From: Octopus vulgaris
Lineage: Eukaryota
Reading direction: 5' to 3'
Length of the DNA stretch: 64,000 nucleotides
Assembly (NCBI GenBank): GCA_951406725.2
Contig: OX597820.1
Location: 8,928,001 to 8,992,000 of the forward strand
Position numbers and translations under genes: made by a program. The notes below the pieces were generated by a model. It made no database searches and had not been told where the DNA came from. It saw only the letters and a program-made list of their open reading frames with translations. This document shows, piece by piece, positions 1 to 13,717 of this stretch. Position 1 is the stretch's first letter; each line of letters begins with the position of its first letter.

Positions 1-250
1 GTTTGACTGAGGGCTGGCGAACCAGATGGCTGCACCAGGTTCCAGTCTTGATCTGGCAGAGTTTCTACAGCTGGATGCTCTTCCTAACACCAACCACTTC
101 GAGAATGTAGTGGGTGCTTTTACATGCCACAGGCACAGAGGCCAGTCAGGCAGTACTGGCAACAACCTCGCTCGAATTTTTTACACATGCCACCAGCACA
201 GGTGCCAGTAAGGCGATGCTGGTAACGATCACGCTTGAATGGTGCCTCCT
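1..250 (-). mobile_element. RTE 3'-tail repeat; about 30 copies in the window
   Basis: Sense consensus …GTGCCGGTGGCACGTAAAAAGCACCCACTACACTC…GTTAGGAAGGGCATCCAGCTGTAGAAA…GCATGGAAAGCGGACGTTAAAC(GAT)n. It is contiguous with RTE ORF ends at 48850-49092 and 51795-52270. Confidence 0.85.
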
Positions 251-1574
251 ACATTCCACTGGTGAAAATCCTCGAAGTGTCTGTTTTTTCAGCAACCGGT
301 GGCTCCTCGGTCATTCTGTCCCTGCGTCTGCGGACAATCTGCGGCAAACAGGATGTCTCTACATGCGGGATTGTTGGGGACCACTTGTGAAATTCATATT
401 CCCACGAAACTTCTTCCACTGCCATGGTTCAAGGTGCCTCGAGGGTGGTGGAAAAAGCCGACTCAACCCGCCCAGGGTGAATGTTGCCACAAGTACAAGT
501 ACTCTACAGAGTGTACTGGCTGTGTTTTCCATGGCACCAACACCAGAGAGGTTGGCATACTCATCTCCTCACCCTAGCAAGGCTAATTACTTCTCAGTCT
601 CACATTATCTTTGCTTAATTTGCCAACCACTTTAACAATTGACTGGGTGAATCTACCATTGCACCAGCACTGGTGAGGTCATCTTGTAATTCACAGGAAT
701 AAGGAGACTGAGAGGGCAAATAAGAAAAAAAAGTTAAAATATGATGGGTGGAGAGTAGCAAAAGAGAGAGTAAGGGAGAAACGGTGTTGTTAGGGAAATG
801 AGTAATAAGAGGAAAAGAAAAGGAAGAACAAGCAGTATCAGGATACAGATGGTAGGGTACCCCCCCACACACACACACAGACCTGTAGATATTCAGTCTA
901 GACATCATCACAGATAATTACCTGCAAAATACAGGAGCACAACCCATCCCATTCCTCTAACTTATATAAGACAACTTTTTAAAATTCTTATTGTTTCCCT
1001 ACATTGTAAAAACCAGTTGAATAAATAAAAATCAGTTAAATAAATAAAAATTAGCTAAATAAATAAAAATTAGTTAAATAAATAAAAACTGAACTGAAAA
1101 TTCTCTTCACAGAATCAACAATATTCTACACCCATTTATCATCATCCAACTACTTTACTGTCTTCAGCCTTACATTTCCCGCCAACATTCCATGAATATT
1201 TTCCTTGCAGATAACTTAGAATAGCAAGGGCCCAGCCAGAGAATTACTTTGACTCTGGGCCAATATGTATAGCAACTAAGCTGCCAAACAAGAATTACTT
1301 TAACAGATGGTTTCAATTTATGTTATTGAGTTATACAGGATCTGCAGTTAGTATAGATAGGCCTGCTGCTAATTATAACCTTCAATATCATCTGATGGCG
1401 AAGGTTTTTTTTTTTTTACATAGATATGTGTTTTTATATTTTTGCTGTTGCTTTATTTTTGTGTTCTTAGGCATGGCTGTGCAGGTAAAAAGTTTTCTTC
1501 CTAACTACATGGCTTTAGTTTCAATTCTACTTGAAGATGGAAACTGAAAGAAGCCTATATATATGTATTGGGCC

Positions 1575-1805
1575 ACAACCGATCATGGCCGCTGCCAGCT
1601 TCCCCTGGCACCTGTGCCAGTGGCACGTAAAAAGCACCCACTACACTCACGGAGTGGTTGGTGTTAGGAAGGGCATCCAGCAGTAGAAACACTGCCAGAT
1701 CAGATTCGAGCCTGGTGTAGCCTCCTGGTTTCCCAGACCCCAGTCGAACCGTCCAACCTGTGCTAGCACGGAAAACGGACGTTAAACAATGATGATGATG
1801 ATGAT
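1575..1805 (+). mobile_element. RTE 3'-tail repeat
   Basis: Same consensus, ending in (GAT)n. Confidence 0.85.
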
Positions 1806-3330
1806 ACTGACTTGATCACCTAGGTAACAGAAGCTATCAACTACTTCTAGTTTCCCCCACCCCCTGGCATGACACCAGTATCTGTCACAACTGTTATTTT
1901 ACTTGGCTTGATGGATCTTCTTCTCAAACATGACATAATGCCAAAGGTTTCAGTCATTGCCTCCGCAAGGCCCAACACTCAAAAGGAGCTTTTTATGTAC
2001 CACTGGCATCACCCACTTTGCCTCTGCGAGGCCCAATGTTCAAAAGGTGCTTTTTCACATGCCACCACCAAGGGTACCAGTTATGTGACACCAGCATCAG
2101 CCACGACTACAATTTCCCTTGGCTTGGGTCTTCTCAAGCATAGCGCATTTCCAAAGGTCTCAATCACTAATCTTTGCCTCTGTAAGGCCCAAAATTTAAA
2201 GATCATGCTTCACCACCTCATTGCATGTCTTCCTGGGTCTATCTCTTACACAGGTTCCCTCCACAGATAGAGTTTGGCACTTCTTTACACAGCTGTCCTT
2301 GTCCATACACTTCATAGGAAGGGATTTGTGATTTGTCTACCTCCCTACTTACTAAGACTTTGATCTTTGCTAGGTTAACTCTAAGGCCCTTCGATTCTAG
2401 ACCTTGCTTCCATACCTGAAACTTCTTCTCTAGTTCTGGTAGTGATTCAGCTATAAGAGCAAGGTCATCAGCATAGAGGAGCTCCCAGGGGCAGCCTGTC
2501 TTGAATTCTTCCATTATTGCCTGGAGAACTATGATGAACAAGAAGGGGTTGAGGATCAATCCTTGGTGAAACCCTACGTGTATCCTGAATTCTTACCTGT
2601 ACTCATTGCCAACCCTTACCTTACTGGTAGTGTCCCTGTACATAGCTTGTACAGCTCTCACCAACCACTCACCAACCACTTGTCTATCCCTAGTTTCCAC
2701 ATTGATCACCAGATAAGGGATCAGGAGACCCTGTCAAAGGCTTTCTCTAAGTCAACAAAAGCAAAGTACAAAGGTTTATCTTTGGCTAGGTATTTCTCCT
2801 GCAGTTGCCTTACCAGAAATATAGCATCAGTGGTGCTTCTCCCTGGCACAAACCCAAACTGCATCTCATCTAGACTAACTCTCTCCCTAATTAGTTGGGT
2901 TATGACCCTATCCATAACTTTCATCACCTGATCCAACAATTTGATACCTCTGTAATTATTTTTATCTAAGGCATCACCTTTACCTTTGTAGCAGTTGACT
3001 ATGGTGCTGCTATACCAGTCATTGGGTATGACTCCTTCATGAACTACCTGATTTACAGTATGGGCGATTAGACCATAACCCACACCACCAGATACTTTAA
3101 GCATTTCAGCAGTGATTCCTGATAGTCCGAGGGCTTTCCCTGTCTTCATATCCTTAATTGCTTCATCTACCAGAGTACTGTCGATTCAGATAGCTGGTCC
3201 CTCAATTGTGTCAACACTGGGCAGACTCTCCTCCTCCCATTCATTCTCCACATTTAGCAGTCTTTCATAATGGCATTTCCAAGCCTCTTTCTTTGCAGAA
3301 TCATTAAATGCAAGTACACCATCATCACCT
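1806..3330 (-). mobile_element. RTE-clade LINE fragment (RT, C-terminus, 3'UTR), internally rearranged
   Basis: NYRGIKLL, QFGFVPGRSTTDAIF, FVDLEKAFDRV and LLYADDLAL motifs in the ORFs at 2721-3149 and 2239-2559. Confidence 0.92.
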
Positions 3331-3373
3331 GTTATAGGGTAGTTTTCTTTTGTGTTTAAATGTACACTATTTT

Positions 3374-3438
<65 letters not shown>

Positions 3439-3910
3439 TATATATTTATGTGTGTGTGTGGTTTTGAGTCTGTGTTTGACACCCACCATCACTTGACAAC
3501 TGGTATTGGTATGTTTACATCTCTGTAACTTAGCAGTTTGGCAAAAGAGTCCAATAAACTAAATACCAGGCTTAAAAAAAAAACTAAGTACTGGGATTGA
3601 TTCATTGAAGTAAAATTCTTCAAGGCAGTGCCCCAGCATGGCCAGAGTCTAATAATCGAAACAAGTAAAAGGTGAAAAAACAGGGTAAACATAGAGCAAG
3701 AGTGGTTTGTCCCTCGTTGTTTTGATGCTGATGATATCAGTCCTGGGGTGATGAATTTAGTTTGGTATGTTGTTGTTGTCATTGCTGGTGTTAAATCTTA
3801 TGTCAGTCCTTATTGAGTAGAGTTAGGATTAAAAGATATTCCTGCCATGACCATCCTGTCTTTTTATATATTTAAGGCTGCTATTTGAAGGAGTAATGGC
3901 TATTATTTCT

Positions 3911-4294
3911 TATTTCTTTATTGCCCACAAGGGGCTAAACATAGAGAGGACAAACAAGGACAGATAAACGGATTAAGTCGATTACATCGACTCCAGTGCG
4001 TAACTGGTACTTTATTTATCGACCCCGAAAGGATGAAAGGCAAAGTCGACCTCAGCGGAATTTGAACTCAGAACATAAAGACAGACAAAATACCTATTTC
4101 TTTACTATCCACAAGGGGCTAAATATAGAGGGGACAAACAAGGACAGATAAACGCATTAAGTCGATTACATCGACCCCAGTGTGTAACTGGTATTTATTT
4201 AATCAACCCCGAAAGGATGAAAAGCAAAGTCAACCTCGGCGGAATTTGAACTCAGAATGTAACGACAGACGAAATACCGCAAAGCATTTCGCTC
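3911..4294 (-). mobile_element. Meta-domain SINE dimer with partial head and a 13-bp TSD
   Basis: GGCTATTATTTCT at 3898-3910 and 4295-4307. Confidence 0.9.
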
Positions 4295-4561
4295 GGCTAT
4301 TATTTCTATCAGGTCAAGCAACTAAACAGAAACTCAGCTTCCTTGACTCAGTCTGATAAAAAGCAAGATAAAAGAGCAAGCTGAGGATTGGTCTGTGGTG
4401 GAATTCATTGAAGAATTCTGGCAAACCTGAACAGGAGCTGTTTGATAATGAAGCGTGCAGCTGTGAGGGATTGTTGATAAAACTAATTTCAAGTGGGTGT
4501 GTGTGTGTGTGTGTGTGCTAAAGTACATGCCTGTGTGTGTGCATGTATGAGAGCACATGTG

Positions 4562-4595
<34 letters not shown>

Positions 4596-5321
4596 CAGGT
4601 GGGTGGGAGTGTTGTTTACAGACAGCTACAGAATCACCTGCAGTAGAAATTTAACACAGAAACAAAACTATTTCCAGAGAGATTCTTTCCACTAGAGTTT
4701 ACTCATCAGTCCAAGGCCATACTGGAGCAGTACCTTCTAAAGTTTTAATCATTCAGTTCTTAGTCCTGTTAGGTTTATTCTATCAATCATATAAGAAAAG
4801 AATAATAAAATCAACCAAGGTGAAATATATTGTGATTTGCAGTATCATCATCACCATCATCATCATCATCATTTTAAGACCCATTTTTCAATGTTTGCAT
4901 GGATCAGATGGAATTTTTTTAGGCAGATTTTCTATGGCCACATGTTCTTCCTATTACTAACCCTGTTTCCAAGCAAGGTAATACTTTCTTAAATGCTGGA
5001 CACGTTTTCGTAGATGACTGGAAAGGAGGGACACCACATGTTTATAACAGACGTGTGATGTAAACACACACACACACACTCGTGCACACGTACGCGTGAG
5101 CTGGCAGAATTGTTGGCACACCAGACAAAATGCTTGGCAGTATTTCATCGGCCACTATGTTCTAAGTTCCAGTTCTAATGAAGTCAATTTTTGCCTTTCG
5201 TCCTTTTGGGGTCAATTGAATAAGTACCAGTTACGCACTGGGGTCAATGTAGTCAACTTAATTCCTTTGTCCATCCTTGTTTGTCCCCTCTATGTTTAAC
5301 CTCTTGTGGGCAATATATATA

Positions 5322-5995
5322 TCATCATCATCATCATCATTTAAGGTCTGCTTTCCATGCTAGCATGGGTTGGACGATTTGACTGAGGTCTGGTGAACCA
5401 GACTCCAATCTGATCCGGCAGAGTTTCTACAGCTGGATGCCCTTCCTAACGCCAACCACTCTGAGAGTGTAGTGGGTGCTTTTACATGCCACCGGCACAA
5501 GGGCCAGTTTGGTGGTACTGGCAACGGCCATGCCCAAATGGTGCTTTTTACGTGCCACCTGCACAGGAGCCAGTCCAGCTGCACTGGCGACGACCTCGCT
5601 TGAATGTTTCACATGCCACCAGCACAAGTGGTAGTAAGGCGACGCAGTAACGATCACGCTTGAATGGTGTGTTTAATGCGCCATTGGCACGAAGGCCATT
5701 ATTAAACAATGATGATGATACAATATATCATCATCATCATCATCATCATCGTTTAATGTCCGTTTTCCATGCTAGCATGGATTGGACAGTTCGACCAGGG
5801 TCTGGGAAGCCAGGGAGGTTGCACCAGGCTCCAATCTCATCTGGCAGTGTTTCTACAGCTGGATGCCCTTCCTAACACCAACCACTCCGTGAGTGTAGTG
5901 GGTGCTTTTTACGTACCACCGGCACAGGTGCCAGGGGAGGCTGGCAACGGCCACGTTCAGATGGTGCTTTTTACATGCCACTGGCAGAGGTATCA
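5322..5995 (-). mobile_element. Two adjacent RTE 3'-tail repeats
   Basis: Copies starting with (CAT)n at 5322 and 5727. Confidence 0.85.
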
Positions 5996-6414
5996 CAACA
6001 TATGATACAATATATATTATATATATGTGTGTGTGCTTGTATATGCCTACTTATGTGTGTGTGTTACTCAGCTATAACATCTTACTGTAGGGAAGTTTGA
6101 ACAATGTCCTCACACTGTTAACAATTTGAAAACAAAGAACTGCGGCTGCAATAATGCCCAACCCTGCCCAACTCTCAGCTGGGAATGGAGTTCCAGAGCA
6201 ATCATTGCCCCTAACGCACCAACACCCAGGCCAGATGAGGAGGAGGAGGAGGCGGAGAAGAAGAAGAAGAGGAAGAAGAGGAGGAAGAAGGAGAAGAAGA
6301 AGAAGCTACATGTCATAAGAAAGTGGGAAGGAGAGAGAGAGAGAGAGAATATAAGTTGTAGAATGAAAGAGGGGAAATGTTTGAAATTATAAATGAAGAT
6401 ATCTAACGAGGGAC

Positions 6415-6506
<92 letters not shown>

Positions 6507-6792
6507 CGCCATATACATTTATTTATATATCTTTTTATATATATTTATACAATTATTTAGTTGAAACTATATATCTGTGTGAGAGGCAGTAAATGGCATT
6601 TCATTAGCAAAATATAATTACAACTGCACTAATCTAGATGAATAGCCTTAATTATTTCATTATCACAGTCTACTTCCATCTGTCTTAATGATGACACACA
6701 GCTTGTCACAGGCAACGGAAATGGAACAAACGTCGCATTTACAGGATTTCCCTATCAGGTTCCATATTATCAACTTCAGTCTCATTTACATA

Positions 6793-7616
6793 ATCAGTCA
6801 CAGTTCCATTGTCATCTATCGCAATTTCATCATCATCAGTCACAGTTCCATTGTCATCTATCGCAATTTCATCATCATCAGTCACAGTTCCATTGTCATC
6901 TATCGCAATTTCATCATCATCAGTCACAGTTCCATTGTCATCTATCGCAATTTCATCATCATCAGTCACAGTTCCATTGTCATCTATCGCAATTTCATCA
7001 TCATCAGTCACAGTTCCATTGTCATCTATCGCAATTTCATCATCATCAGTCACAGTTCCATTGTCATCTATCACAATTTCATCATCATCAGTCACAGTTC
7101 CATTGTCATCTATCGCAATTTCATCATCATCAGTCACAGTTCCATTGTCATATATCGCAATTTCATCATCATCAGTCACAGTTCCATTGTCATCTATCAC
7201 AATTTCATCATCATCAGTCACAGTTCCATTGTCATCTATCACAATTTCATCATCATCAGTCACAGTTCCATTGTCATCTATCACAATTTCATCATCATCA
7301 GTCACAGTTCCATTGTCATCTATCGCAATTTCATCATCATCAGTCACAGTTCCATTGTCATCTATCACAATTTCATCATCATCAGTCACAGTTCCATTGT
7401 CATCTATCGCAATTTCATCATCAGTCACAGTTCCATTGTCATCTATCGCAATTTCATCATCAGTCACAGTTCCATTGTCATCTATCGCAATTTCATCATC
7501 ATCAGTCACAGTTCCATTGTCATCTATCACAATTTCATCATCATCAGTCACAGTTCCATTGTCATCTATCACAATTTCATCATCATCAGTCACGGTTCCA
7601 TTGTCATCTATCACAA
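6793..7616. repeat. 42-bp minisatellite, about 20 units (two 39-bp variants)
   Basis: Unit ATCAGTCACAGTTCCATTGTCATCTATC(G/A)CAATTTCATCATC; open in three frames; the minus strand gives (DDDEIA/VIDDNGTVT)n. Confidence 0.97.
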
Positions 7617-7926
7617 GTATATCTCCAATTTTTATTTTGTTGATCCAATAATAGCAGAACAATATATGCATATATTTTAATATCTCCCTAGGACATAGTG
7701 GTATTAATGACTTTGTGCTAGAATTCGATATACATATTCTTCAGAAAAAATGCATTAGTTGAATACAGAATAGAATTTTAAAATTTGTGAATTGACAGAA
7801 GCACTGATGAAGCTATAAGGCAATACACAAGTACTCAGTTATGAGTGCCTTGCACTGTGTTGCCGAAACAACTGTAAGCTATTGAAGAACATTACATGAT
7901 TTCTTATACTTTTGTCATTTATTTAA

Positions 7927-7930
<4 letters not shown>

Positions 7931-7975
<45 letters not shown>

Positions 7976-8092
7976 TACATACATATACATACACACATAC
8001 ATACATACACATACATACATACAAGTATTACATACACACATACACACATGCATGCATACATACATACATACATACATACATACATACATACA

Positions 8093-8152
<60 letters not shown>
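7931..8152. repeat. Compound microsatellite (CT/CA/CATA/TA)
   Basis: Direct reading. Confidence 0.95.
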
Positions 8153-8153
<1 letters not shown>

Positions 8154-8811
8154 TAATAGTGATGGTAAGACAACATGAAGGAGAATGCTAACATATTCTA
8201 TTCACAGCCCAAGAGCTTCTTGGCTATGAATAAAATAATATATTAGCACTCTCCTTCATGTATTGTGTTGCATGTATACATGTAAGTATATATATATACA
8301 CACACATATATTGTTTGTGTGTGTATGCATACATACATACATACATACAAGCATATATACTCTCACAACACACACATTGACACCAAGCCTGTAATGCGTG
8401 AGTGTTGGTGTGTATTTAAAGATTGATTATTTCTTCCCGTTCTATGCCAAGATATTATACACACATTCCTCAAAGTATCTCTACATTCTGCTGAAGACAA
8501 AATTCCAGAGATACCAAATTAGAAACAGCGATGGAGCTGCGAACAGCTTCTACACCCACGCGCGCACATGCAAACTCACGCGCCTACGCAAGCGCGCGAG
8601 GGATCGCACACACGCACACGCACACATACTCATACTTATACGCAAGCTAAGATTCACATACACGCACTAACACGTCCATGCAGGTGGGTGACACACACAC
8701 ACACACACACACATGTAGGCAGTAAGTCTAGCGTACAGTCATGTATGTCATAGGTAGGTGGGAAATGTAACATGCATTCTCTTCCTTTCATATATATAGG
8801 CGTGAATGGAT

Positions 8812-8900
8812 ACACACACTCAGGCATAGACACACACACTCAGGCATAGACACACACACTCAGGCATAGACACACACACTCAGGCATAGACACACACACA
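8812..8900. repeat. 20-bp tandem repeat ACACACACTCAGGCATAGAC x4
   Basis: Direct reading. Confidence 0.9.
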
Positions 8901-9099
8901 CGCACACTCATATTTTTTTTTAAATAAAAACATTATTGCGCTCACATATATAAACTACATACATAGAGATGCAGAAAGTTATACATACACACACACAGAA
9001 ACACAAATGTGTATATGTCTGTGCCTAACAAAAGCTTTTCTATACCACACTAACAAATGAATAGAATTGTACAGATACACACATACGGATCTAAATACC

Positions 9100-9647
9100 T
9101 ATTTCTTTACTAGCCACAAGGGGCTAAACCCAGAGGGGACAAACAAGGACAGACAAACGGATTAAGCCGATTATATCGACGCCTGTGCGTAACTGGTACT
9201 TATTTAATCGACCCCGAAGGATGAAAGGCAAAGTCGACCTCGGCGGAATTTGAACTCAGAACGTCAAGACAAACGAAATACCTATTTCTTTACTACCCAC
9301 AAGGGGCTAAACACAGAGAGGACAAACAAGGACAGACATACGGATTAAGTCGATTACATTGACCCAGTGCGTAACTGGTACTTCATTTATCGACCCAGAA
9401 AGGATGAAAGGCAAAGTCGACCTCGGCGGAATTTGAACTCAGAACGTAACGGCAGACGAAATACCTATTTCTTTACTACCCACAAGGGGCTAAACACAGA
9501 GGGGACAAACAAGGACAGACATAGGTATTAGGTCGATTACATCGACCCCAGTGCGTAACTGGTACTTAATTTATCGACCTCGAAAGGATGAAAGGCAAAG
9601 TCGACCTCGGTGGAATTTGAACTCAGAACGTAACGGCAGACGAAATA
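9100..9647 (-). mobile_element. Meta-domain SINE trimer without head, flanked by a 17-bp TSD
   Basis: ATACG(G/T)ATCTAAATACC at 9083-9099 and 9648-9664. Confidence 0.9.
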
Positions 9648-10665
9648 ATACGTATCTAAATACCCTCACATGTGCAAGTACATAAAGGCACCACTTTCCT
9701 TTTACACATGCAGCCACCCAAACATACATATACACACACACACACATGCGCATACATACATCCAAACATACATACACACACACACACATGCACATACATA
9801 CATACATACATACATACATACATACATACATACATACATACATACATACATACATACATACATACTGTGATCCAATTCATGCAAAGGTATACACGCTAAA
9901 TACTGTAAGCTAAACGATTAATTAACATTAAAAACATGGATTTTAATATTCACACGTCCTAATGAGATATCTGCGCGAGTGTATGAGGTCGACTTTGCCT
10001 TTCATCCTTTCGGGGTCGATAAATAAAGTACCAGTTATGCACTGGGGTCGATGTAATCGACTTATTCCCTTTGTCTGTCCTTGTTTGTCCCCTCTATGTT
10101 TAGCCCCTTATGGGCAATAAAGAAATATATATATAAGCTCTACATCAGAATATTGAGTATACAGTGGTGACTCATAAACATGTATTTATTAAAAGATACG
10201 CCTAGGTAGACGTAGACATCGGGGTTTGTTATTGTAGCCCGATGGGAACAATAAATGAGTAGGTCTGTCGACTCGTAAGCATTACAACCGTGACCATCAT
10301 GTCTTAATTAATACACGTTAAGACTACGTTAGGCAAAGTGTCCTGAGAGTCCTTTAAAGACAGTAGTGCGTGATTTGAGGAAGATTTGGCTGATGTTTCT
10401 AGCCTCCTCGTAGGCTCTAGCCTATATGTAATCATATAAGGGAGAGGATTAACAGAATCATTAGAAAGTCGGACAAAATGACCAAAAGACAATTTAGTTA
10501 CGGCTCTGGACGTTGCGAGTTCAAATCCCAACAACGTCGATTTAGGCCTTTTGTCATTATATATGTTTCTATGTATTACGTACATACATACATCAGTCAA
10601 CTCGTATAAGTCACATATAAGCTGACATACATAAACACTAACCAACCAACCCCACATATACACAC

Positions 10666-10711
<46 letters not shown>

Positions 10712-10859
10712 CATACATATAGTCTCACACATACACACACACACATACATATATACACACACACTACATACATATAGTCTCACACATACAAACACACGCA
10801 CTGTGTGAACAATCAACACGCATACAATCACGTGTACAAGACGCAAACTGTTTTGTAAA

Positions 10860-10925
10860 GCAGTAGTGGTGGTGGTGGCGGAGGTGGTGGTGGCGGTGGT
10901 GGCGGCGGCAGCGGTGACGGCAGTT

Positions 10926-11003
<78 letters not shown>

Positions 11004-11005
11004 AT

Positions 11006-11046
<41 letters not shown>

Positions 11047-11070
11047 TATGTAGTAGTAGTAGTAGTAGCA
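10860..11070. repeat. Compound trinucleotide repeat (GGT/GCA/TAG)
   Basis: Direct reading. Confidence 0.95.
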
Positions 11071-11609
11071 GAGAGGGGGGAGGGTGACGGAGGTTTTGTC
11101 TGCGGTGGTGAGTGTATTCCATTATAATTCCATTCACATCTAGGATGCATCACAGCAATCTTTCAGAAGTACTTGGCTGAGGGGCGGGGATGGAGGGTGG
11201 TGTGGGGAATAGACACGTTAGTAGTGTGTGTGGGGGGGTAGTGGTGTGAAGGAGGAGGAGGAGGAGGAGGAGGATGGTGGTAAATGGTGATGGAGGGAGA
11301 CGGGGTCGGGTGGGGTAGAAGTGAGAAATTGTTCTTGCATTAAAATCTCTTCTGGTGTGTCAACTGATTACTGTTCCACAAAAGACAGTTAACGTCACCC
11401 CCCCCCACCACCACCATCAACACCTTCGTATGATGGTTGTTGATTGTCTTCTTGTTGCTTAGCTCCAAATCGATCCTGGGCCAACAAAACTACGATACTA
11501 CAAATCTAAGTCATTTCTGCCATGACTACCACGTCTTTCCTTTTACAAATACATATATACTCATATTTACCCAGCATAATGTGTTATCTTGTACCTTGAA
11601 GGGCCATAC

Positions 11610-11845
11610 CTATTTCTTTACTACCCACAAGGGGCTAAACACAGAGAGGACAAACAAGGACAGACAAACGGATTAAGTCGATTACATCGACCCCAATGCG
11701 TAACTGGTACTTAATTTATCGACCCCGAAAGGACGAAAGGCAAAGTTGACCTCGGCGGAATTTGAACTCAGAACGTAACGGCAGACGAAATACGGCTACG
11801 CATTTCGCCCGGCGTGCTAACGTTTCTGCCAGCTCGCCGCCCTAC
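11610..11845 (-). mobile_element. Meta-domain SINE monomer with an 8-bp TSD
   Basis: GGCCATAC at 11602-11609 and 11846-11853. Other monomers or fragments: 5098-5313, 9985-10126, 18272-18352, 32925-33075, 56812-57021. Confidence 0.88.
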
Positions 11846-12039
11846 GGCCATACAGACACGTCATCACCATCATCATCATCCCCAACTTTCTCTTCTAAAA
11901 TGCGAGTAGCTACATAGCCCTTCTACTTCAAGAGACCTATTCTGCTCTGGCCCCTTTTCTTATACTTTAACCCTTCATCTCTCAATATAATGCTACCTTT
12001 CTTGGTTGTTTGTAGTTTACACGGTTGCATGGCAACCTC

Positions 12040-12670
12040 ACAAGTGTGCTGCTGCCACAAAACATGCACCCACGATATGATGCAAAGTGGTTGGCATCAG
12101 GAAGGACATCCGGCTATTGAAATCATACCAATGTAGACAGTGGAGTCAATGCAGGCCTCTGGCTTGTCGGATCCTTGCCAGATCCAACCTATGTCAGCAT
12201 GGAACACCATCATCATCATCATCATTATCATCATCGTTTAACAGCTGTTTTCTATGCTAGCATGGATTGGACGGTTCAACTGGGATCTGGGAAGCCAGGA
12301 GGCTGCATCAGGCTCCAGTCTGATCTAGCAGTGTTTCTACAGCTGGATGCCCTTCCTAACGCCAACCACTCCGTGAGTGTAGTGAGTGCTTTTTACGTGC
12401 CACCGGCACAGGTGCCAGGGGACGCTGGCAACGGCCACGATCGGTTTTTGCTTTTTACATGCCACCGGCACAGAAGCCAGTCAAGGCGGTGCTGGCATTG
12501 ACCACATACGGATGGTGCTTTTTACGTGCCACCAGCACAGGTGCCAGGGGAGGCTGGCAACATCCACGATCAGCTGGTGGATTTTACGTGCCACCGACAC
12601 GGAAGCTAGTCAAGGCGGTGCTGGCATCGGCCACATATGGGTGGTGCTTTTTAGGTGCCATGATGATGAT
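12040..12670. mobile_element. Old + strand RTE tail interrupted by a younger - strand tail (12208-12660)
   Basis: Consensus matches in both orientations. Confidence 0.8.
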
Positions 12671-13717
12671 ATCTGTCTCTAAGACCATATAAACTAATAC
12701 AAATAAACAAATATCAAGTCAAAATATTTCTCCTTTTCCACACAGCAAAATATTGGTATTATATTAATTTTTACTACTAACAGCTGCCAAACGTGATCCT
12801 GCCCAGGTTTATTAATACACAAAATAAATGTGATCTTATGAATTCACTGCATTTTGAAATCAATTGCTAAGAAAAGATGTTGACAATCTTCAGTTGGTCT
12901 GAGAATATTGGTTCTCTGAGAATTATTCCATCCAATGCAACATAGAGAATGATTTGACTTTCATAAAAATGTACTCAAATTGGATTTGTAATATAATTTT
13001 ACTCAAACATTTAAAAACGAAAAAAAAAAAAAAAATTCTGTGAAAGCCCGTTATTTTTCAATAATTAATTAATATAATTACTCTAAGTGAATTATTTTTC
13101 TAATTCTAATGTCAATTGCAGTGCTTGAGGATGGGGTATACAGTATTGACAGTTATTTTATTTTGAAAAAAGAACTGAAAACATATCAGAGATATCACAT
13201 AGCTTACTACCACCTTCATGAAGAATGTGTTTCTAAGCAGATATTAATTAGGCCCAAAACTGTGGTCTACAACTAGGCAGAACCGCTGAAAGCATTCCTC
13301 TAATCTAGAAATGAAGAAAAATTCACAGAAGAATTAGCAAACTGATCTTAGAGAAAAATTGATGTTTTTGGAATCATTCTAAGTTGGCCTGAAATACAGA
13401 ACAGCACAAAACAGAAGTAAAGAAGGTACACACACACCACACACACACGTTTCATTATCATTCATCATCATCATCATTCAATGTCTTACTGCCATACTGG
13501 CATGAGTTTGATGGTTGGACAGGAGCTGGCAAGCCAGGGGTGCGGCCTACACCAGACTCTACAGTCTACTTTGGCAAGGTTTCTATGGCTTGATGTCCTT
13601 CCTAGTACCAACCACTTTACAGAATGTACTGGCACTATCACTAGGGACCAGGAAGCTCACAAGACAAAGACCCCTCACATATCTGCCTATTTTTCATCTA
13701 TCAACAGTTTTATGATA

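Noticed and set aside
250-600. GC-richer unique stretch with short ORFs on both strands
   Set aside because: No recognisable domain or splice context.
6110-6392. Lys/Glu-rich and hydrophobic ORFs
   Set aside because: They are driven by GAG/AAG repeats, with no supported exon boundaries.
6793-7616. CRISPR-like array or tandem hammerheads (CTGATGA…GAAA in each unit on the minus strand)
   Set aside because: There are no unique spacers and the context is eukaryotic. Only 4 nt separate CTGATGA from GAAA, stem I cannot form and the cleavage position would be G.
6688-7680. Plus-strand ORFs (IIISHSSIVIYRNF)n and (SSIAISSSSVTVPL)n
   Set aside because: They are by-products of a stop-free 42-bp unit with no supporting flanking features.
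12175-12692. Recurrent FLQLDALPNANH ORFs resembling a gene family
   Set aside because: They are antisense translations of the RTE 3' tail repeat, with inconsistent frames among copies.
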